Notes under the pieces: generated by a model | The model's input: only the letters and a program-made list of their open reading frames with translations | Told to the model about the DNA's origin: nothing | Database searches by the model: none | In this document: positions 59,072 through 64,000 of the stretch, piece by piece | Layout of the letters: each line of letters opens with the position of its first letter | How positions within the stretch are numbered: position 1 is the stretch's first letter | Made by a program: the position numbers and the translations under genes | NCBI GenBank assembly: GCA_024709505.1 | Contig: JANJWP010000003.1 | Span: forward strand, 4,767 to 68,766 | Direction of reading: 5' to 3' | Source: Candidatus Altimarinota bacterium | GTDB lineage: Bacteria; Patescibacteriota; Gracilibacteria; BD1-5; UBA2023 | Length of the DNA stretch: 64,000 nt

Positions 59072-60682
59072 CTACGCCGCGCGGCGGACTTGGGGCGAGC
59101 CTTCGTTGAGGGCAAGCGCGAGAGTGCCGATCTTTTGGTCGAGAACCGATGCCACCTTGTTGAGTTTGACCACGGTTTCAAACGCTCCCGGAACCGATTT
59201 TGCCGCTTGCTCCTTATATCGGGCGATATTTTCGGAAACGAGCTTGCGTTCGCCGTGAAGTTTGATGAGTTCGAGCTTGGAAGCCGTTACCGAGAACGAC
59301 GGATCATTCGAGGCTTCAGCCTGCGCGCGATAGTAGTCGATTTGCTCGGAAATACTTCGTTTCGAAAGGCTTTCGCGGACGGATTGGGCCGTTTTGGCAT
59401 CGGCAATGCGCGAAGTGAGATCGATGACCTTGGCGCTCACGCGGGACTCGACTTTTTGAACCGGGGTTTGCGCGGAATCGCTTTGAACGAAAACCGCGCT
59501 CCGGACGTTTTCGGATTTGAAGGAATCGGCGGACGGGGATTCTTGAACCGCTTGCAAAACCGGGGCCGGAAAATCGATGACGGTTGCTTCAGCAAGACGC
59601 GCCGGAGCGTTTGCGGTCTTCGGGGCGGATTCCGTCACAACCGAGACCTCGGGGGTAGCGGCCCGTGCGTAGACCGGCAACGGATCGGCAACCGGAGCCC
59701 CGACGAACGGAAGCGAACCCGCCGAAAGCCCCGCGAGGCTCATGTGGAACTTGCGCTTGGCAACGGATTTTTTGGAAGCCGAGGCGTCGATGATTTCGAC
59801 GTACCCCTTTTGATCAGGGGCTGAAAGCGCGATGGCGACATGGGTGACATGCCCGCTTTTGTTATGCCAAAAGAGCAAATCGCCCTTTTTCACTTCGCCG
59901 AGCTTTTTTTTGGAGGCCATCGAATGAAATCCTGCGGCGGTCGTGTCAAACGACTTGGAAACGACTCCGGCGGTTTTGAGGCTTTCAACGACCAACTGAG
60001 AGCAATCCATGGTCTTTTTTCCGTTCCCGCCGAGTTGATACGGTTTTCCAAGATGGATTTCGGCGTTCGAAACGAAGTCCGAAACGCTCAATTTTGGCAA
60101 GGCGGATTGTGCAGCGGGCTTCAAAGAAGCCATCTTCGTCGGGGCGGGCTTCGCATCCGAAGCCTTTAACGAAGGTGGCTTTGAAGCAGAACGGGGGGAC
60201 AGATCCATTCCGCCCATCGAGCGGACTGCGGCGGCGACCGTGGCGGCGTCTTTGGAATCATGGGCAATCAGATAGCGCCGTCCGAAACGGAGTTTGGTAG
60301 CATCGGAAAGGCGGTTGCCTTCTTCGTCGATCAAAAGCCGCCAATCATCGGTTCCGAAGGCCTTCATGGCAAAATCCTTCGCGCCGATGCCTTTTTGAAC
60401 GACGGCCTTCCATTCGCGGTCACGGAGTTCGGACGAAGCCGGAACGATCGGTTTCGTGGGAACGGGATTGTTTGGGGCCGAAGGCGCTTTGAGCGAAACC
60501 GAATCGGAAGGAAATTCCGGAGGCGAAGAGGGTGCGGCTACCGAAATTCCAACTCCGGCAGAAAGCCCGAGAATTCCGGCCGCACGGCGGGCGAAAAGGG
60601 CGATCTTCGTAAAAACGTCGGGACGCTTGGGGATGGATGCGGCGCGGGAAACCCCGCGCGAAAGACCTGCGGAAGATTGCAT
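59072..60682 (-). CDS. Secreted NlpC/P60-family cell-wall hydrolase with long flanking regions
   Basis: ATG at 60682. NlpC/P60 core HLGKPYQLGGNGKKTMDCSQLV...GDLLFWHNKSGHVTHVAI. TAG stop. Confidence 0.85.
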   Translation of the reverse strand: MQSSAGLSRGVSRAASIPKRPDVFTKIALFARRAAGILGLSAGVGISVAAPSSPPEFPSDSVSLKAPSAPNNPVPTKPIVPASSELRDREWKAVVQKGIGAKDFAMKAFGTDDWRLLIDEEGNRLSDATKLRFGRRYLIAHDSKDAATVAAAVRSMGGMDLSPRSASKPPSLKASDAKPAPTKMASLKPAAQSALPKLSVSDFVSNAEIHLGKPYQLGGNGKKTMDCSQLVVESLKTAGVVSKSFDTTAAGFHSMASKKKLGEVKKGDLLFWHNKSGHVTHVAIALSAPDQKGYVEIIDASASKKSVAKRKFHMSLAGLSAGSLPFVGAPVADPLPVYARAATPEVSVVTESAPKTANAPARLAEATVIDFPAPVLQAVQESPSADSFKSENVRSAVFVQSDSAQTPVQKVESRVSAKVIDLTSRIADAKTAQSVRESLSKRSISEQIDYYRAQAEASNDPSFSVTASKLELIKLHGERKLVSENIARYKEQAAKSVPGAFETVVKLNKVASVLDQKIGTLALALNEGSPQVRRAA

Positions 60683-60857
60683 CGTATCGTCGTTAAGAGG
60701 CAAGTTCGGCGTATTGGAACGGGGGAAACCCTTTTGGTCTTTGATTTTGAACTCATGGATATTAAAACCTTTCTATAAATTGTCAACTGTTCATCGAAAA
60801 AGAAATGGGGGCAAAGCGGAAACGTGGGTGGGGATAAGAAATCTTCGGTCGGAAAAG

Positions 60858-60885
60858 TTGCGATAGGACGGATGCGGAATATGAT
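60858..60885 (+). promoter_or_regulatory. Candidate promoter for murC, predicting a near-leaderless mRNA
   Basis: TTGCGA (60858-60863), 16-nt spacer, TATGAT (60880-60885). The murC ATG starts 6 nt after the -10. Confidence 0.4.
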
Positions 60886-60891
60886 TGCAGC

Positions 60892-62277
60892 ATGCAAAAT
60901 TCGAACGGAACCCCTTCCCATCTCCACGTAGTGGGCATCTGAGGCATCGGCGTTTCAGCCGTAGCCCGCTATTACCGACAATCCGGATGGACCGTTTCCG
61001 GTTCCGATGGATCGGAATCAGCCATCACCCGAGCCCTCCGCGCCGAAGGAATTCCCGTATCCATCGGACACGACGAATCAAACGTTCCCCAAAACCTCTC
61101 GCTTCTCGTCTATTCGGAAGCCGTCGTCACGAAGCCCGATCTTCCCAAAGAAGAGCAGGTGCTCTCCAATCCGGAAATCCGGAAATCGCACGAAATGGGT
61201 GTCCGACGGCTTTCCTATCCCGAAGCGCTCGCCGAACTCTTTAACGGCAAATGCGGGATCGCCGTATCCGGAAGCCATGGAAAATCGACTACGACGGCCA
61301 TGATCGGAACGGCGTTGGTCGAGTCGGGATTCGGGGGTTCGACGGTCGTTGGAACGCAAGTGCCCCAATTCGGCGGAAAAAACGGGCACTTCGAACCGAA
61401 AAGCCCCGTCTTCGTCATCGAAGCATGCGAATACCGGAGATCGTTTTTACGCTACGAACCCGAAATCGCCGTCATTACCAATATCGATCTCGACCATCTC
61501 GACTATTACCGCGACTTAGAAGATTACCTTCAGGCGTTCGAAGCCTTTCTTTCCAGAACCCGGAGAGCGGCGATATTTTCGGCCGATTGCGAAAATTCCC
61601 GGAAGGTCGCGTCATCGGATGGCGCGTCGCACTTGGAAAAATATTTCGTCGATAAGGACGGCTTCGTCGGACCGGACGGAACGCGCACGCCGTTGCCGCA
61701 AATGAAACTCGCCGTTCCGGGCGAACACTTGGCGCAAGACGCCCGGCTAGCCTACGTCGCGCTCCTGCTTGCGGGGGTTCCCGAGGCCGACATCGCTCCG
61801 GCGCTCGAAAAATACCGCGGCTCGTGGCGGAGGAGCGAAGTCATCGGAACGACGGAAAACGGCAATCTGCTCGTCTCCGACTACGGGCACCATCCTTCCG
61901 AAATTCGTCCGACGCTTGAAGCGTTCAGGGACAGATATCCGGACAAGACGCTCTTCGTCACGTTCCAGCCGCACCAACACTCGCGAACCCGCGAACTCCT
62001 CACGGAGTTCGCGTCGGCATTCGATGCCGCGGACGAGCTTCTCGTTCCCGACATCTATTTTTCGCGCGATAAAAAGGAAGACGTCGAATGGATGACCGTA
62101 AAACGGCTTCTCGACACCCTGAAAACCCGCTATCCGAACGTTCGGGGAGGACGGGGACTCGATGCCGCGGCCGAAGAAATCGAAGCCTTCGACCGGAAAA
62201 ATCCGGGAAAAGCGGTCTTCGTGCTCCTTGGGGCGGGAAATATCGATGACCTGCGGTACCGACTCGTAAAAACCTAG
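60892..62277 (+). CDS. murC: UDP-N-acetylmuramate--L-alanine ligase
   Basis: ATG 60892 gives MQNSNGTPSHLHVVGI[UGA=G]GIGVSAVARYYRQSGWTVSGSD, in frame with track ORF 61159..62277 (GSHGKSTTTAM, DLDHLDYY). UGA at 60940-60942. TAG stop. Confidence 0.92.
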
Positions 62278-62295
62278 AAATTTTTCGATTCTTCC

Positions 62296-62871
62296 ATGCT
62301 CTCAAAAATCGGGGAAATCCTCAAAAGAGTGGAGGAGCTAAAAATCCAGCTCCAATCAGAATACGTAGCGCTCATGGAGCGCTACGACTACGCCATTGAA
62401 AACCGGAAGATCGTTTTTTCCGAAAAAGCCAAAAAAATCCAAAGGGGCGCTCGCGAAGGAGCGTTCCATTATCTGCTTTCCTCGGAAATCCGGCACGTCC
62501 TCTCGATTCCGTTCATCTACGCGATGGTCGTTCCGGCAATCGTGCTCGACGTTTTTCTGACCATGTTCCAGTATACGGCCTTTCCCCTTTATGGGATCGA
62601 ACGGGTCAAAAGAAGCGATCATATCCTTTTTGACCGAAAATACCTCGGATACCTCAACTGGATACAAAAACTCAATTGCCTCTATTGTTCTTACGTCAAC
62701 GGGCTTTTTTCTTACGCGACCGAAATCGGAGGGCGGACCGAAAAATACTGGTGTCCCATCAAATACGCGCGACGACTCGAACAGACCCATCGCCACTATC
62801 CGGAATTCGCCGATTTTTGAGATGCCGAAGGATTCACCGAACTATACGCCTCCAAAGGAAAAACGAAATAA
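62296..62871 (+). CDS. Hypothetical membrane protein, 191 aa
   Basis: Track ORF 62296..62820 continues through TGA 62818 (…YPEFADF[G]DAEGF…) for 16 codons to TAA 62869-62871. Two TM segments and a Cys-rich LNCLYCSY...WCPIKYA region. Confidence 0.6.
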
Positions 62872-62950
62872 TCCGATTTGTTAAAATCGATCTTTGGGAT
62901 ATCTTCGCGCGGACGGCATGTGCCGTCGCTACGCCATGGGAGGCACTCGA

Positions 62951-63427
62951 ATGAAAACGAGCGTGTTTTTCCACCGGGCCGGCCCGCTTGAAGCCGGACT
63001 CCACCATGCGTCCATCGAAAGGCTGTTCGCGGATGTCCGCCCGCTTCCGAACGGAAACGGCCACGCGTCCATCCTGGCGGTTGACGCATTCGGCCAACTC
63101 GTCGGGGCTTCGGAGATGTCATTTTCGAAAGGGAGTGCGCACGTGCGTTTCGCCGCGTGTCCGCTCTACCAAGATTCCGACGTCGAAGAATCGCTTTTGG
63201 CCCGTTCGATGCTCGCGGCCCGAAATCTGGGTGCCGCGAAAATCGCCTTCGATCTCCAAAAGGAAGACGAGTCCCGGGCGCTCTTGGCCCGGAGTAACGG
63301 AATGAGCATCAATCGCTCAGGGGAAACGTGGGTGGCGGAAGCCTACCTGCCCTATGCCGACCCGTGCAGTTTTGCCATCGAATGCGCGCTGTCATGGTTC
63401 GTCCCCGTTCCGGCAGAATGTCGGTGA
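62951..63427 (+). CDS. Putative GNAT-family acetyltransferase; apparent stop is UGA
   Basis: GGGAGG 7 nt before ATG 62951. 158 aa with a GNAT-like core (ILAVDAFGQLVGAS...EESLLARSMLAARNLGAAKI). Ends at TGA 63425-63427, followed by a terminator. Confidence 0.6.
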   Translation: MKTSVFFHRAGPLEAGLHHASIERLFADVRPLPNGNGHASILAVDAFGQLVGASEMSFSKGSAHVRFAACPLYQDSDVEESLLARSMLAARNLGAAKIAFDLQKEDESRALLARSNGMSINRSGETWVAEAYLPYADPCSFAIECALSWFVPVPAECR

Positions 63428-63447
63428 CGGAACGAAGCGTCAAAATC

Positions 63448-63473
63448 CGCCCCCTTCATGAGGGCGTTTTTTT
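63448..63473 (+). terminator. Intrinsic terminator after the GNAT-like gene
   Basis: CGCCC(C)-loop-GAGGGCG hairpin followed by TTTTTTT, starting about 20 nt after the TGA. Confidence 0.65.
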
Positions 63474-63497
63474 ATTCCCGAAGCGCTAAACGCATTA

Positions 63498-63525
63498 TTG
63501 ACAATGTAGGAAAAGTTGATACTAT
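63498..63525 (+). promoter_or_regulatory. Consensus promoter for the lipoprotein gene
   Basis: TTGACA (63498-63503), 16-nt spacer, TACTAT (63520-63525). AAGGAGG follows at 63551-63557. Confidence 0.55.
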
Positions 63526-63562
63526 CAATCCGTCTCAACCGCTTTTAGAAAAGGAGGAAGCC

Positions 63563-63802
63563 ATGGGACGCCTATCCCTAACCGCGTTGGTATTAGCCGT
63601 GGTACTCGGCGGTTGCGCGAACGTGGAACCGAAAAATTCGTCGGGATACGACGGCGAACGCACGGGACCCCTTACCAACTATTCGACCTACCCGGCACCG
63701 ACCAAACCGCCCTATCGCGACACCTACGTCGTCCAAACCAAGGGCAAGGGCGCCAAAGTCGTCGTGGACGAACGTTACGAGCCGAGGCCCGCGAAGCGGT
63801 AA
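63563..63802 (+). CDS. Small lipoprotein, 79 aa
   Basis: AAGGAGG 5 nt before ATG 63563. MGRLSLTALVLAVVLGG|C has a lipobox (L-G-G-C). TAA stop. Confidence 0.75.
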   Translation: MGRLSLTALVLAVVLGGCANVEPKNSSGYDGERTGPLTNYSTYPAPTKPPYRDTYVVQTKGKGAKVVVDERYEPRPAKR

Positions 63803-63832
63803 CCTCTCTCGGAAAGCGTCCCTTTCCAACGC

Positions 63833-63859
63833 AAAACCCCCTCATCCGAGGGGGTTTTT
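63833..63859. terminator. Intrinsic terminator
   Basis: AAAACCCCCTC-ATCC-GAGGGGGTTTT plus extra T residues. Confidence 0.8.
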
Positions 63860-63891
63860 TCGAATATCCGTTCGGACGGACGTCCTCCCTG

Positions 63892-64000
63892 ATTAAGCTT
63901 CTTTGTTCGGCGCGGCTTTCGACGCGGTTACGGCCGCACGCTCGACTTCGGCACCCTTGCGGACATAGTTGAAGAACACGTTGCGGAATCCATTTCCGGC
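63892..64000 (-). CDS. C-terminal end of an unidentified CDS running off the window
   Basis: The minus-strand frame reads ...GNGFRNVFFNYVRKGAEVERAAVTASKAAPNKEA and then TAA at 63892-63894. Too short to name. Confidence 0.4.

Noticed and set aside
1-64000. Interpreting the split genes as pseudogenes or frameshifts, or UGA as Trp (table 4) or selenocysteine.
   Set aside because: All breaks are single in-frame TGAs with no frame change. They hit about 25 different genes, including essential ones. They align with conserved Gly rather than Trp or Cys/Sec positions. They are also far too frequent for SECIS-dependent recoding.
1-64000. CRISPR arrays, rRNA genes, transposases or integrases, or a prophage.
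   Set aside because: I saw no regularly spaced direct repeats, no rRNA-like conserved stretches and no recombinase or transposase-like translations in any merged ORF. The only repeats noticed are short intragenic ones (44085-44190) and the promoter motif.

Overview
This window comes from a bacterium that reads UGA as glycine (NCBI translation table 25, the Gracilibacteria/Absconditabacteria-type candidate-phyla-radiation code). The supplied standard-code ORF track therefore cuts about 25 genes into pieces. Every cut is a single in-frame TGA, and in recognisable families it falls on a conserved Gly: RecA KQF-G-AGS, RF1 S-G-AGGQ, GGDEF RW-G-GEEF, MurC GI-G-GIG, UvrB, GT4 EGF-G-LP, ProB G-ADND, and the DnaJ G/F region. 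After merging I see about 60 CDS, 3 tRNAs (one cut by the window edge), many intrinsic terminators and several near-consensus sigma70-type promoters. Housekeeping genes are fusA, proB, lysS, pyrE, pyrF, uvrB, rsmA, prfA, recA, dnaJ, groES, groEL, secD, murI, murD and murC. There is a type IV pilin/PilC set and three sensory genes (MCP, PAS, GGDEF). Three very large ORFs of unknown function (1574, 1197 and 884 aa) only appear once UGA is read through. The main puzzles are as follows. (1) Several genes appear to END at UGA, followed directly by terminators, promoters or the next gene's start, which strict table 25 cannot explain. (2) A GC-rich 0.7 kb locus upstream of secD carries consensus promoters, strong Shine-Dalgarno (SD) sites, three tiny ORFs and strong terminators. 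(3) A 13-nt motif sits inside the promoters of three large hypothetical genes. (4) An extra ORF lies between groES and groEL. (5) Convergent genes repeatedly overlap by 4 nt at their stop codons. I saw no rRNA, CRISPR array or mobile element. All calls come from reading the sequence by eye; no searches were run.
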